NCBI GenBank assembly: GCA_003153275.1
Contig: PLXX01000072.1
Span: 1,661-52,981, forward strand
Direction: 5' to 3'
DNA: 51,321 nucleotides
Source: Nitrospiraceae bacterium
GTDB lineage: Bacteria > Nitrospirota > Thermodesulfovibrionia > Thermodesulfovibrionales > UBA6898
Part shown: positions 16,871 to 26,277 of the stretch, piece by piece
How the letters are laid out: each line of letters begins with the position of its first letter
Numbering within the stretch: position 1 is the stretch's first letter
Position numbers and translations under genes: made by a program
Notes under the pieces: generated by a model
Databases searched by the model: none
What the model saw: the letters and a program-made list of their open reading frames with translations, nothing else
Told to the model about the DNA's origin: nothing

Positions 16871-18043
16871 GTGCCCTTCAAGTTAACCCATAGTGCAAAG
16901 GTTTTGATTGCTATCCCGGTCCTCCTGGTCGGTGGCACGGAAATGCAGACTCTGAATCTTGTGAATGTTCTTGTCGGCGCGGGTTGCAATGTTACGGTCT
17001 GCTGCTATTATGAATACGATCAAAGTATGGTAAATCGCTTTGAGGGTACCGGAGCGAAAGTCCTCTTGATGAAATATGAAAGAGCGAAAGACCTGTGGCA
17101 TCTGGCCAAAGGGCTGATCCAATTGTTCAAGACCATGAAGCCCGATATTGTCCATGTCCAATATGTTGCACCAGGACTTGTTCCCATAATAGCGGCTAAG
17201 CTGGCCGGAATAAAAATTGTCTTTGCAACAGTGCATCAACCCGGGACCGCTTATGGCCTGAAGGCAAAAATACTATTGCGCACTGCCACACGCTTCTGCA
17301 CTGCTTTTTTTTGTGTGTCAAAGGCTGTCGAAGAGTCGTGGTTTGGCAGCAGCGATGTTCTCGTTCCAACGCATATCAATAAAAACCGCACGCACTTCAC
17401 GCTCTACAACGCTGTTGACGCGGACAGAATTGAGGGCATAGTAAAGGCAACCGACAAGGAGGAACTCAGAAAGTCGCTGGGGATTAATGGGAAAAAAGTT
17501 GTCGGCGTTGTTGGAAGGCTGCGCCGGGAGAAAGGGCAGGGAATTCTCCTCGATGCAATGCCGGCAGTCGTAAAAGTGGTGCCTGATTCTGTCTTGGTTG
17601 TTGTGGGGGACGGACCTGACCGCGATGCGCTGAATAAACAGGCGGCGGGTCTGAAGATTTTGGACAATATCATTTGGCTTGGGCAAAAGACCCCAGAAGA
17701 AGTTTATCAGCTTTACAGCATCATGGATGTGGTGGCGGTGCCGTCTCTCTTCGAGGGCTTCGGCCTTTCTGCTGCTGAGGCAATGTTGGCGGGGGCGCCT
17801 GTGGTGGCATCGCGAGTTGATGGATTATCAGAGGTAGTACAACATGAGGTTATGGGATATCTTGTCAACAGTGGGAATAGCAGGGAGTTGGCCGCTGCCA
17901 TAGTTGATCTTCTATCAGATACTGAAAAAGCGAAGAGATTTGGAAAAGCGGGATATCTATACGTGAAAGATAACTTTTCTGCTGAGCGGTTCAGGAAGCT
18001 GACGCTTTCATCGTATGAACGTTATGCAAAGTGGTCGGCGTGA
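16871..18043 (+). CDS. Family 4 glycosyltransferase
   Basis: VGRLRREKGQGILLDAM...LVVVGDGPDR...PSLFEGFGLSAAEAMLAGAPVVASRVDGLSEVV. GTG start. Confidence 0.85.
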   Translation: MPFKLTHSAKVLIAIPVLLVGGTEMQTLNLVNVLVGAGCNVTVCCYYEYDQSMVNRFEGTGAKVLLMKYERAKDLWHLAKGLIQLFKTMKPDIVHVQYVAPGLVPIIAAKLAGIKIVFATVHQPGTAYGLKAKILLRTATRFCTAFFCVSKAVEESWFGSSDVLVPTHINKNRTHFTLYNAVDADRIEGIVKATDKEELRKSLGINGKKVVGVVGRLRREKGQGILLDAMPAVVKVVPDSVLVVVGDGPDRDALNKQAAGLKILDNIIWLGQKTPEEVYQLYSIMDVVAVPSLFEGFGLSAAEAMLAGAPVVASRVDGLSEVVQHEVMGYLVNSGNSRELAAAIVDLLSDTEKAKRFGKAGYLYVKDNFSAERFRKLTLSSYERYAKWSA

Positions 18044-18876
18044 ATATAAAGTCGCTCATCTATAGTTTAGCCGTCGGCTTGTTGCGGCTTCTCTGGCGGT
18101 TAAAGGGCGGCAGAAATATTACTGCCTTTGGCCACACGCTTGTTGTGACTCCTGATACAACATTCCCGAGTTATCGCAAGTTGAGACTTCCCAATGGTGG
18201 TTGCCACTCCGAAATTGTAAAGTATGCAGATTACGTTCAAATGCATTCAGTATGTAAGTTTGTTTCTCAGTTGCGAACTCGGCCCGTCATTGTAGATGTC
18301 GGAGCACATCACGGGGCTTACGCAGTTTTGATCGGCCATATCGTTCGGCCATTTGGCGGACTCGTTTTAGCCGTCGAGCCCAATCCTCAGTCATATAGAA
18401 TATTGCGGAGTAATGTTCGTTTAAACAATCTCGAAGATGTCGTAATATGCGAGCAAGTTGCGGTTTCTGACAGCCCAGGTATTATGAATCTTGCGTTAGA
18501 CGACAGCCAAAGCCAAATTACATCACACAAGAGCAATTTGAGTATTACGGTGGAGACTATTACACTGAAGCTTCTTATTGATAAATATGAAATACACTCT
18601 GTGGATCTTTTAATCATTGATGTAGAGGGAGCTGAGCTTCCAGTGCTGAGGGGTTTCCCATGGGAAATGACTGAAGTAAAAAAGATTTTTTGCGAACTTC
18701 ATCCTTACGCATGGGCTGACTTTAATTATAAAGGCGAAGAGATGAGACAATTCTTAATAGCCCATAGCTTTGATTGTTATGATATGTATTTCCAAAAACA
18801 CACAGATTTTGATAATGATGCCTATATTGGGCCAACGTTATTTGCGCAGGTTGATTCTGTAAAATGCCGAAATTGA
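18031..18876 (+). CDS. FkbM-family methyltransferase
   Basis: VIVDVGAHHGAYAV, LAVEPNPQSYRILRSNVRLNNL, LLIIDVEGAELPVLRGF. Confidence 0.85.
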   Translation: MVGVNIKSLIYSLAVGLLRLLWRLKGGRNITAFGHTLVVTPDTTFPSYRKLRLPNGGCHSEIVKYADYVQMHSVCKFVSQLRTRPVIVDVGAHHGAYAVLIGHIVRPFGGLVLAVEPNPQSYRILRSNVRLNNLEDVVICEQVAVSDSPGIMNLALDDSQSQITSHKSNLSITVETITLKLLIDKYEIHSVDLLIIDVEGAELPVLRGFPWEMTEVKKIFCELHPYAWADFNYKGEEMRQFLIAHSFDCYDMYFQKHTDFDNDAYIGPTLFAQVDSVKCRN

Positions 18877-18949
18877 TTATTTTAAAGCTGGTGCAATCAT
18901 AAAACAGGAGAGAAGCAAAATAGCACTCCCCTTTCTCATTTGGGTAGTC

Positions 18950-20119
18950 GTGGTATCAACCATGATCGCCTGTATCGGGGGTGAAAGTTTCTTGGGTTAC
19001 AATATTTCTGGGTATGCGTGGGCAGTCCCGGCGTTCGTTTCAGTTGTGGTTTTTTTTTCAAGGCGCGGCAGGATCAACTTGCCCTTCAAGATTTGGATAC
19101 CATGGATAATTGTTGTTGCAGGGTATCTCCTCTTTGCTGACGCGGAAAATGCCTTCCAACGGAGTGTTATGCTCCTATGCCCACTTTTTATTGGTATGAC
19201 TGTCTCTGGATTTAGTCTCGGCGAAGGCGAACTGTCGAATTTCAGACGCTTATACCATTACATGACTATCTCTCTATACATAATTGCTCTCCTTAAGACT
19301 GGTCTACTTGTCACTGGTGTATTACCGGAGGCTAGCAACCTCTCTGCCCCGGTTATGACTGGGGCATTACTCTGCACGCTTTTTGCAACAAATTATATGC
19401 TTGGACAGAAAAGTGCACTCGTCTGGTGGGGAACACTGGTGGGGATACCGGTTATTGCGCTCACTCGAATGGGTGTAATAGCTACCGCTCTTTCTCTACC
19501 TCTGACTGTTGCACCGATGAAGATCCTTAAACGGGTCTTTCTGGCGGCGATTATAATCGCCGTGGGATATGGGCTTTTCTATAGCGCACGCGTGCAAAAA
19601 CACATGTTCTATTCAGGCAGCGGTACCCTGCAAGAAGTACAATTACAAAATCCGAATTTGTCTACGAGCGGCCGGAGCAATATCTGGGAATATATGCAGC
19701 AAGAAATTGACAAACAACCGTTGTTCGGTCATGGAGCTAATGCGTCAGAACCTTTTGTCAGCAGACTCACCGGAGGTCTCACACATCCGCACAATGACTG
19801 GCTAAGGCTGCTCTTCGATTATGGATATTTTGGGGCGGTAATATTTGGAATAACGATGGCGCTGCAGGTTTTGCATCTTATCAGGAAAGGGACGCAGGCC
19901 TCAGGGGAAACCCGGATTCTTTTTTTTGCCGCTGCATCTTCTTTTATCTCATTCACACTCTTTATGTTTACAGACAATATTATCCTCTATGCAGCATTTT
20001 TCGGGAACTTTCAATTCACCATCTTGGGGCTCGCCTATGCGGCAAAAGCTACTAAGGGGATGGAAAGTTCTCCGGCGGAGCCCGTAAGACGGACTGTCCG
20101 ACTGAAAATAAGATGGTGA
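18950..20119 (+). CDS. O-antigen ligase family (Wzy_C domain) membrane protein. Ligase versus polymerase cannot be resolved from the sequence.
   Basis: Multi-TM protein with HPHNDWLRLLFDYGYFG and a large loop before it. Homology to the paralogue at 21145 continues upstream in frame to ~18863 (IDYFKAGAIIKQERSKIALPFLIW versus IDLKAIVAPKKKERIKLPLLLW). There is no ATG/GTG/TTG there, so the true start is uncertain and GTG 18950 is used. Confidence 0.8.
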   Translation: MVSTMIACIGGESFLGYNISGYAWAVPAFVSVVVFFSRRGRINLPFKIWIPWIIVVAGYLLFADAENAFQRSVMLLCPLFIGMTVSGFSLGEGELSNFRRLYHYMTISLYIIALLKTGLLVTGVLPEASNLSAPVMTGALLCTLFATNYMLGQKSALVWWGTLVGIPVIALTRMGVIATALSLPLTVAPMKILKRVFLAAIIIAVGYGLFYSARVQKHMFYSGSGTLQEVQLQNPNLSTSGRSNIWEYMQQEIDKQPLFGHGANASEPFVSRLTGGLTHPHNDWLRLLFDYGYFGAVIFGITMALQVLHLIRKGTQASGETRILFFAAASSFISFTLFMFTDNIILYAAFFGNFQFTILGLAYAAKATKGMESSPAEPVRRTVRLKIRW

Positions 20120-20156
20120 ACAATTGTCGCGGCCTTTATTCGTCAATTGCTTCGCC

Positions 20157-21131
20157 ATGAAAAGAGGTCCGCTGCCCTCACATATTGACATGCCTCAGGT
20201 CACGGTGGTAATGCCGCTCTTTAACAAAGAGCAAGATGTCGAAAGGGCTATAGAGTCGGTGCTCGTCCAGACCGTTGATGATTTTGAGTTGATTGTGGTG
20301 AATGACGGCTCGACAGACAATGGACCGGCAAAAGTGAAGGCGTTTCATGACGAACGTATCAGGATGATTGATCAGCGTAACGCCGGGGTATCAGTGGCTC
20401 GAAATTGTGGCATTACGGAAGCTCGGGCCGACTTGATCGCATTTCTCGATGCCGATGACGAATGGGCCGATGACTTTTTAGAGACCATTCTGAATTTAAG
20501 AGAACAATTTCCGAGGTGTGATGTATTCGCCACCAACTACTTTTTCTGTGGTGATGGCTACAAGAGACCCGCGATCATAAGAAGGATGCCACAGAACTTT
20601 AGGGAGGGTTTACTGAAAGACTATTTTGGTGTGGCTGCACACTCTGATCCTCCTCTTTGGACTTCTGCGGTTGGAGTTACGAAGCGGGCGATCACCTCTG
20701 TCGGTGGATTTCCGGTAGGTGTTCACAGCGGGGAGGACTTGTTGACTTGGGCCAAACTCGCCGCCAATTATGAAATTGCATATGCCAACCGACCCTGCGC
20801 AGTATATTGGAATCCGCAAACAGCGTCTGATCGTCCCGGTCGCGTTCCGCAGAATCCCGATATCGTAGGAGAGGAACTTGTGCGCTTAATTAAGGAAACA
20901 CCAACTCCGAGACCAGAGGGTATTAAGGCCTATATCGGACTATGGCATCAGATGCGGGCGGTTATCTATGTCCAGCTCGGAGACAAGAAGAATGCCCTTG
21001 ACGAGTTGAAAATGACTAGCGCGTATTCTCCCAGTCTTAAAGTTTACCTGTTAATGCTCATCTTGAAACTGCCGCTTCCGTCGCCTGCAAAACTCCTCTC
21101 CGTCTGGAGACGCTTCAGGAGGGCATTTTAG
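20157..21131 (+). CDS. Family 2 glycosyltransferase
   Basis: VTVVMPLFNKEQDVERAIESVLVQTVDDFELIVVNDGSTDNG and FLDADDEW (DxD). I chose the ATG at 20157 over the track's TTG at 20124. Confidence 0.85.
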   Translation: MKRGPLPSHIDMPQVTVVMPLFNKEQDVERAIESVLVQTVDDFELIVVNDGSTDNGPAKVKAFHDERIRMIDQRNAGVSVARNCGITEARADLIAFLDADDEWADDFLETILNLREQFPRCDVFATNYFFCGDGYKRPAIIRRMPQNFREGLLKDYFGVAAHSDPPLWTSAVGVTKRAITSVGGFPVGVHSGEDLLTWAKLAANYEIAYANRPCAVYWNPQTASDRPGRVPQNPDIVGEELVRLIKETPTPRPEGIKAYIGLWHQMRAVIYVQLGDKKNALDELKMTSAYSPSLKVYLLMLILKLPLPSPAKLLSVWRRFRRAF

Positions 21132-21144
21132 GAATATTGACACT

Positions 21145-22278
21145 TTGCAGAAGATAGATTTGAAGGCGATCGTTGCGCCCAAGAAAAAGGAACGTATAAA
21201 ACTTCCACTTCTTCTTTGGTACATTTTTGTCTCAACCATTATCGTCTGCATCGGTGGCTCCAGTTTCCTGGGCTTTAATGTTACAGGTTTTGCGTGGGCA
21301 GTCCCTTTCTTTTTGGCAGTCATCATATTCTTAACCGAGCGGGGAAGGATGCGATTCCCTTTTATGATCTGGCTTCCCGGGATATGTGTGGTGGCAGGAT
21401 ATCTGATATTTGCAGAAGCTGAAAACGCCTTCCAGCGGAGCGTCATGCTCCTCTGCCCGCTTTTTATCGGTATCACCGCATCAAAATTCAAGATAAGCGA
21501 CAATGAACTGTCGGGTTTCAGGAAGTTATACCGGTATATGGTGATTTCCCTTTATGCGATCGTTATACTCAAGACGGGTCTGTTTGTCACGGGCGTATTA
21601 TCGGGGGGCAGGAATCTTGCGGCACCGGTTATGACTGGAGCGCTCCTTTGCGCGCTTTTTGCGACGAATTATATGTTTGGAGAAAAAAGAGATCTTGCCT
21701 GGTGGGGAGCGCTCTCAGCGATTCCGATTATAGCCCTTACGAGGATGGGGATGATAGCGACAGAACTTTCTCTGCCGCTTACCTTTGCGCCAATGAAGAT
21801 GCTCAAGCGAATTGTGTTGGCCTCCATGATTATTGCTGCCGGGTATGGGCTCTTCTATACTGAGCGCGTGCAGGAAAAGACCTTCTCTATTCCGGGAGCG
21901 GGACTCTCCAGGATGTCAGCAGGGATAATCTCAATTTTGCGACCAGCCCATAATGATTGGCTGCGACTGCTCTTCGACTATGGATATTTTGGGACAGTCA
22001 TTTTCGGGATCACGATGGTACTTCAAGTTTTTTATCTTATCAGGAAAGGGAAATAGACCTCAGGAGAAACGCGAATTCTTTTTTTCGCCGGCGCATCGTC
22101 GTTTATCGCGTTTACACTCTTTATGTTTACGGACAACATCATTCCTTACGCTGCATTTTTCGGAAACCTTCAGTTCACCCTCCTGGGCCTGGCATATGCG
22201 GCGCACGCGGCGTCGCTGAAGGAAGACCGGCACACTCTTTCCGGCAAACGCCCTTTCTATAAAAGAATCAGGTGGTAA
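21145..22278 (+). pseudogene. Decayed paralogue of the O-antigen ligase family gene at 18950
   Basis: Collinear with 18950-20119 but with three lesions. There is a local frameshift (TLQDVSRDNLNFATS is readable only in another frame). About 40 codons of the loop before HNDWLRLLFDYGYFG are deleted. An in-frame TAG at 22054-22056 replaces the paralogue's CAG. Homologous sequence continues in frame after the stop to 22278 (TSGETRILFFAGASSFIAFTLFMFTDNI...). Confidence 0.8.
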
Positions 22279-22299
22279 TTTCAGAGGAGAATAAGGCCA

Positions 22300-23052
22300 A
22301 TGAAGGATACTATGAAGTATAACATGAAAAGGATAATACCGCGGCGCTGGCGCAGGCTATACAGAAAATACGTCTCTCCGATTGTGAGAGACCGGCATTA
22401 CTGTGAATATGCCGGGCGCAGGGATTTTTTTCGACGTGCATTTACTGCCTTGTCATTTAATGGCATCAACGGCGATTATGCGGAGTTCGGTTGTTGTGGC
22501 GGGATGACTTTTGATCTGGCCTTCAAACATTCGAGAAAGCAAAAACTCTTCTGCCGGTTATGGGCCTTTGATTCTTTTTGCGGCCTTCCTCCCAGCAGTC
22601 TGCCGGAGGACAAACATCCCGCATGGGTAAAAGGGGCGATGACTATTGAGAAGGATGAATTCAGAAAGATTTGTCGGGAAAACAACATCCCTGAATCGCA
22701 GAATGAAATTGTGGCGGGGTATTACGAAGATACTCTTACGAAATCCTACACCGGCCCTCTTCCTTCAAATCTATGCCTGGCATATATAGATTGCGACATG
22801 TACAGCAGTACAAAAACGGTTCTGGAGTTCCTCTTGGCTCGCCTTAAACACGGCATGATCATCGCGTTCGATGACTACTATTGCTGGTCGGCCACTCAGG
22901 TGTCGGGCGAGCGAAAAGCATGCGCAGATGTCTTCAGGGACAACGAGGAATGGACACTGGTTCCGTTCATGCAATTCGGCGGCGGGGGAGGGGGCATGTC
23001 TTTTGTGGTTGAGAAGAGAGAACTGGGGGGGACTAGTAAGTCATGTTATTAG
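22300..23052 (+). CDS. TylF/MycF/NovP-family sugar O-methyltransferase
   Basis: GDYAEFGCCGGMTF, WAFDSFCGLP, AYIDCDMYSSTKTVLEFLLARLKHGMIIAFDDY. Confidence 0.8.
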   Translation: MKDTMKYNMKRIIPRRWRRLYRKYVSPIVRDRHYCEYAGRRDFFRRAFTALSFNGINGDYAEFGCCGGMTFDLAFKHSRKQKLFCRLWAFDSFCGLPPSSLPEDKHPAWVKGAMTIEKDEFRKICRENNIPESQNEIVAGYYEDTLTKSYTGPLPSNLCLAYIDCDMYSSTKTVLEFLLARLKHGMIIAFDDYYCWSATQVSGERKACADVFRDNEEWTLVPFMQFGGGGGGMSFVVEKRELGGTSKSCY

Positions 23053-23076
23053 CTGCTGAGATTAGGAACGTTTAAT

Positions 23077-23934
23077 ATGTTTTGGTTCCTAGTCGCAAAA
23101 CTATACTCATCAATATACGGATTTTTTATTGGAAAGCTCAACATTAGTTTGAGAGGTTTGGGATATATCCTGCGTAAATTAAACAGGGACCACATCATAG
23201 AAGTTGATGGGAAGAAGCTTTTTTTGAACCATAAAGTTGCAAGTTGCTATGAGAGACTTATCAATGGAGTTTATAATGAGCCTGAAACGCATCTGTTTCT
23301 TAAGGCGCTGATTGACAAGATCGATTCTTCGGTGACGTTCGTTGATGTCGGAGCTAATGTGGGAGAGATGATCGTAGATATCGCGAGATATGACAAAGTG
23401 GAGCATGTGGTCGGTTTTGAACCCCATCCGGAGTGTGCGGCAGCGTGCAGAAAGTCGATAAAACTTAATAGGTTTGAAAATGTCATTCTCATCCAAAAAG
23501 TTTTAAGTGATTCCAGAAAATATGTATCCTTCGAATTTGATTCGGTAAGTCCCAACGCTTCAAAGATCACTGAAAAGAAAGACTCGATGATCGAAGCTTC
23601 CACTCTGGACGATGAACTCGGAGTTTTTCATGGCAATTGCATTATCCTTATCGATGTTGAGGGTGCAGAATTGAAAGTGGTTAAGGGGGGAAAATCATTC
23701 ATTCAAAAAAGACGCCCACTGATTGTTTTTGAATTCAATCAGGTAACAAAGCAGCATTTCCGTATTGATGAAATGAAAGATGAATTGGGTAAGGACTATC
23801 GCATTTATCGTCTTCGGAGGGACGACGGCAGATTAGATGACAAGATTAATGATGCATGGAATTGTGTGGCTGTTCACATATCATCACCATTTTTTGGGGC
23901 GTGCTCGGGGCTCATGCATGGATCAACTGCATGA
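23077..23934 (+). CDS. FkbM-family methyltransferase
   Basis: FVDVGANVGEMIVDIA, VVGFEPHPECAAACRKSIKLNRF, ILIDVEGAELKVVKGG. Confidence 0.85.
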   Translation: MFWFLVAKLYSSIYGFFIGKLNISLRGLGYILRKLNRDHIIEVDGKKLFLNHKVASCYERLINGVYNEPETHLFLKALIDKIDSSVTFVDVGANVGEMIVDIARYDKVEHVVGFEPHPECAAACRKSIKLNRFENVILIQKVLSDSRKYVSFEFDSVSPNASKITEKKDSMIEASTLDDELGVFHGNCIILIDVEGAELKVVKGGKSFIQKRRPLIVFEFNQVTKQHFRIDEMKDELGKDYRIYRLRRDDGRLDDKINDAWNCVAVHISSPFFGACSGLMHGSTA

Positions 23935-23965
23935 ATATTGATCAAGCAAAAAACTGGACTGGGTA

Positions 23966-25069
23966 ATGGCCGTGAAGAGGCTGCTTGTATTCGGTTCTTC
24001 CCATAAGATGGGGCTTACGGGGCAGTTGACCGATTTTATGTGTTCGTGTCTTGACGCCGGAGTGCTCCTGGATGACTTTCTGTGTATCAGTGGTGAGAGA
24101 GAGCAGTTCCCGGGCTTATTCGGACGGCTCGATGCACGCGGGGTAAAAAATGTCATGATAGAAGGGTTGGACGATCACGGCGACTTTTTTCGGCTGGTCA
24201 GGGAATTCGACGCTCATGTTCGGCGGTTCGTTCCCAGCGTCGTGCATGCCCAGACCAACTGGCAACTGGCTATTGCCGCTGTTGTTAAGTATCTCTTCGG
24301 GCGGCGCTATGCAATTCTCTATACCGTGCACGGATACAGGCACAATTATAAGTTCCGTTCCTTCATGGCCCGCTACCTCATGGGCATTTTCCTATTTTTT
24401 TTTGCTGATAAGGTCATTACGCCTTCTTCATTTCTGAAGAAGAAGTTCCGTTTTGTGGAAGACAAAGCCGAGGTCATTTATCTCGGCGTTGAAAATGATT
24501 TGTGGAAAGAATACAGTCCGCCGGAATTTGCCGGAACAAAAAGGCTTATCTTTCCCGGCGAATTCAGGCAGGGCAAGAATCAGGATACACTGATCAGGAC
24601 AGTCAAGTCTTACATGGACAGGACCGGTGATGACGATGTCGAACTCTATCTGCCGGGAGATGGGGAAAAACTCGAAGACTGCAAGTCACTCTGCAGGCAG
24701 CTGGGCATTGAGGCCAAAGTCTACTTCCCCGGGTTCATCGATAGGGCAGAAATGCTGCGCCTGTATATGCTCTGTCAGTATGCAGTTATCCCGTCCAATG
24801 TCGAGACCTTCGGCCTCTGTATTACAGAACCTTACATGCTGGGGAGAGTCGTCATCACGCGCCACGTGGGTGTTGCTGACGATCTTATAGCCGAGGGAAA
24901 GAGCGGCTTTTTCTTCGACAATGAAAAGGACCTCCCTGAAGTTCTGGAACATCTTTTTTCCAATACGGAGAAATGCATTCGTGTTTCGAAGTATGCCTAT
25001 GAAAACCGGGGCGTGCTGTCATGGGGACAAATCTGCAATCGCTATCTCAAAACCATAGAATCACTGTGA
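23966..25069 (+). CDS. Family 4 glycosyltransferase
   Basis: PGEFRQGKNQDTLI, VIPSNVETFGLCITEPYMLGRVVITRHVGVADDLIAEGKSGFFF. Confidence 0.8.
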   Translation: MAVKRLLVFGSSHKMGLTGQLTDFMCSCLDAGVLLDDFLCISGEREQFPGLFGRLDARGVKNVMIEGLDDHGDFFRLVREFDAHVRRFVPSVVHAQTNWQLAIAAVVKYLFGRRYAILYTVHGYRHNYKFRSFMARYLMGIFLFFFADKVITPSSFLKKKFRFVEDKAEVIYLGVENDLWKEYSPPEFAGTKRLIFPGEFRQGKNQDTLIRTVKSYMDRTGDDDVELYLPGDGEKLEDCKSLCRQLGIEAKVYFPGFIDRAEMLRLYMLCQYAVIPSNVETFGLCITEPYMLGRVVITRHVGVADDLIAEGKSGFFFDNEKDLPEVLEHLFSNTEKCIRVSKYAYENRGVLSWGQICNRYLKTIESL

Positions 25070-25085
25070 GCCGTTAGTAAGACGC

Positions 25086-26276
25086 ATGAAAGTCCTCCTT
25101 GTCCATAACTTCTACCGATCATCTGCCCCCTCGGGCGAGGACTCGGTTTATAAGAACGAGAAGGAACTTTTGATCGGCGGCGGGGTCGAGGTCATCTCTT
25201 ATGAACGGTTCAACGACAATATATCGAGCAGGTCGATGGCTGCCTTCAGCGCGGTCTGGTCAAACAAAACGTACAGAGAAGTTTCGGAGCTCATCGAAAA
25301 GGAAAAACCCGACATCGCCCACTTTCATAATATCTGGTATCTCATCTCACCCTCTGCATATTATGCCTGCAAAGAAGCCGGTGTTGCTGTTGTGCAGACA
25401 TTGCACAACTTCAGGATGTTCTGTGCAAACGGTTTGTTGATGCGTGATGGGCGTGTCTGTGAGGACTGTCTAGGGAGGGCCCCCTGGCGGGCTGCCGCCT
25501 ACGGCTGTTACCGCAGCTCCCGGCTTTACTCGCTGCCGGTTGTCGCTTCGGAGATCATCCATCGGGCAAAAAGGACATGGGTGGATGCCGTCGACGCGTA
25601 TGTGGCGCTGACGGAATTCGGAAAACGGAAATTCGTTGAATGCGGATTGCCGGCAGAAAAAATATTTATTAAGCCCAACTTTCTTTCCGACCCGCCCGCC
25701 CCGAACTATGCGGCGGCTGACTATGCCATCTACATGGGAAGATTGTCTGAAGAAAAGGGGCTGGATGTCCTGGTCGATGCGCTCGCGAGTGATGATAAAG
25801 GCGTGGCGTCATCCCCGCTGAAGGTCAAGATTGTGGGTGAGGGACCCCTGCGGGCGCATCTCGAAGGCAAGGCGTGGGACAAGGGCCTTTCGAATATCGA
25901 GTTTCTGGGCAGAAAAGATTTCAGCGAATGTCTTGATCTCCTTTCCCACGCTAGCTTCACGATCGTGCCGTCCGTCTGCTATGAAAATTTCCCGATGGCT
26001 ATCCGGGAGGCCTTTGCCTGCGGCAAGCCTGTTGTCGGGTCAAATCTCGGGGCTGTTGCGTCGATAATCAGGAACCGCGAAACAGGTCTGCTCTTTCAAC
26101 CCGGAAATCCTGAAGATCTCGCCTCAAAGATCACATGGATGGCCGGAAATAAGGACGCCTGCATTCAAATGGGGAGGAACGCGCGGGCCGAGTTCGAAAG
26201 CAAATATACGGCTGACCGCAACTTCGGGATGTTGATGGGGATTTATCAAAAAACTATTGACCGATACAGAAGATAG
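25086..26276 (+). CDS. Family 4 glycosyltransferase
   Basis: MKVLLVHNFYRSSAPSGEDSV..., MGRLSEEKGLDVLVDAL, ENFPMAIREAFACGKPVVGSNLGAVASIIRNRETGLLF. Confidence 0.85.
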   Translation: MKVLLVHNFYRSSAPSGEDSVYKNEKELLIGGGVEVISYERFNDNISSRSMAAFSAVWSNKTYREVSELIEKEKPDIAHFHNIWYLISPSAYYACKEAGVAVVQTLHNFRMFCANGLLMRDGRVCEDCLGRAPWRAAAYGCYRSSRLYSLPVVASEIIHRAKRTWVDAVDAYVALTEFGKRKFVECGLPAEKIFIKPNFLSDPPAPNYAAADYAIYMGRLSEEKGLDVLVDALASDDKGVASSPLKVKIVGEGPLRAHLEGKAWDKGLSNIEFLGRKDFSECLDLLSHASFTIVPSVCYENFPMAIREAFACGKPVVGSNLGAVASIIRNRETGLLFQPGNPEDLASKITWMAGNKDACIQMGRNARAEFESKYTADRNFGMLMGIYQKTIDRYRR

Positions 26277-26277
26277 G

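Noticed and set aside
21051-21503. 150-aa minus-strand ORF across the GT2/Wzy-paralogue junction. Similar shadow ORFs are at 31182-31664, 31836-32315, 33348-33821, 42430-42867, 45926-46408 and 47081-47617.
   Set aside because: All lie antisense to confidently identified genes and have no recognisable motifs.
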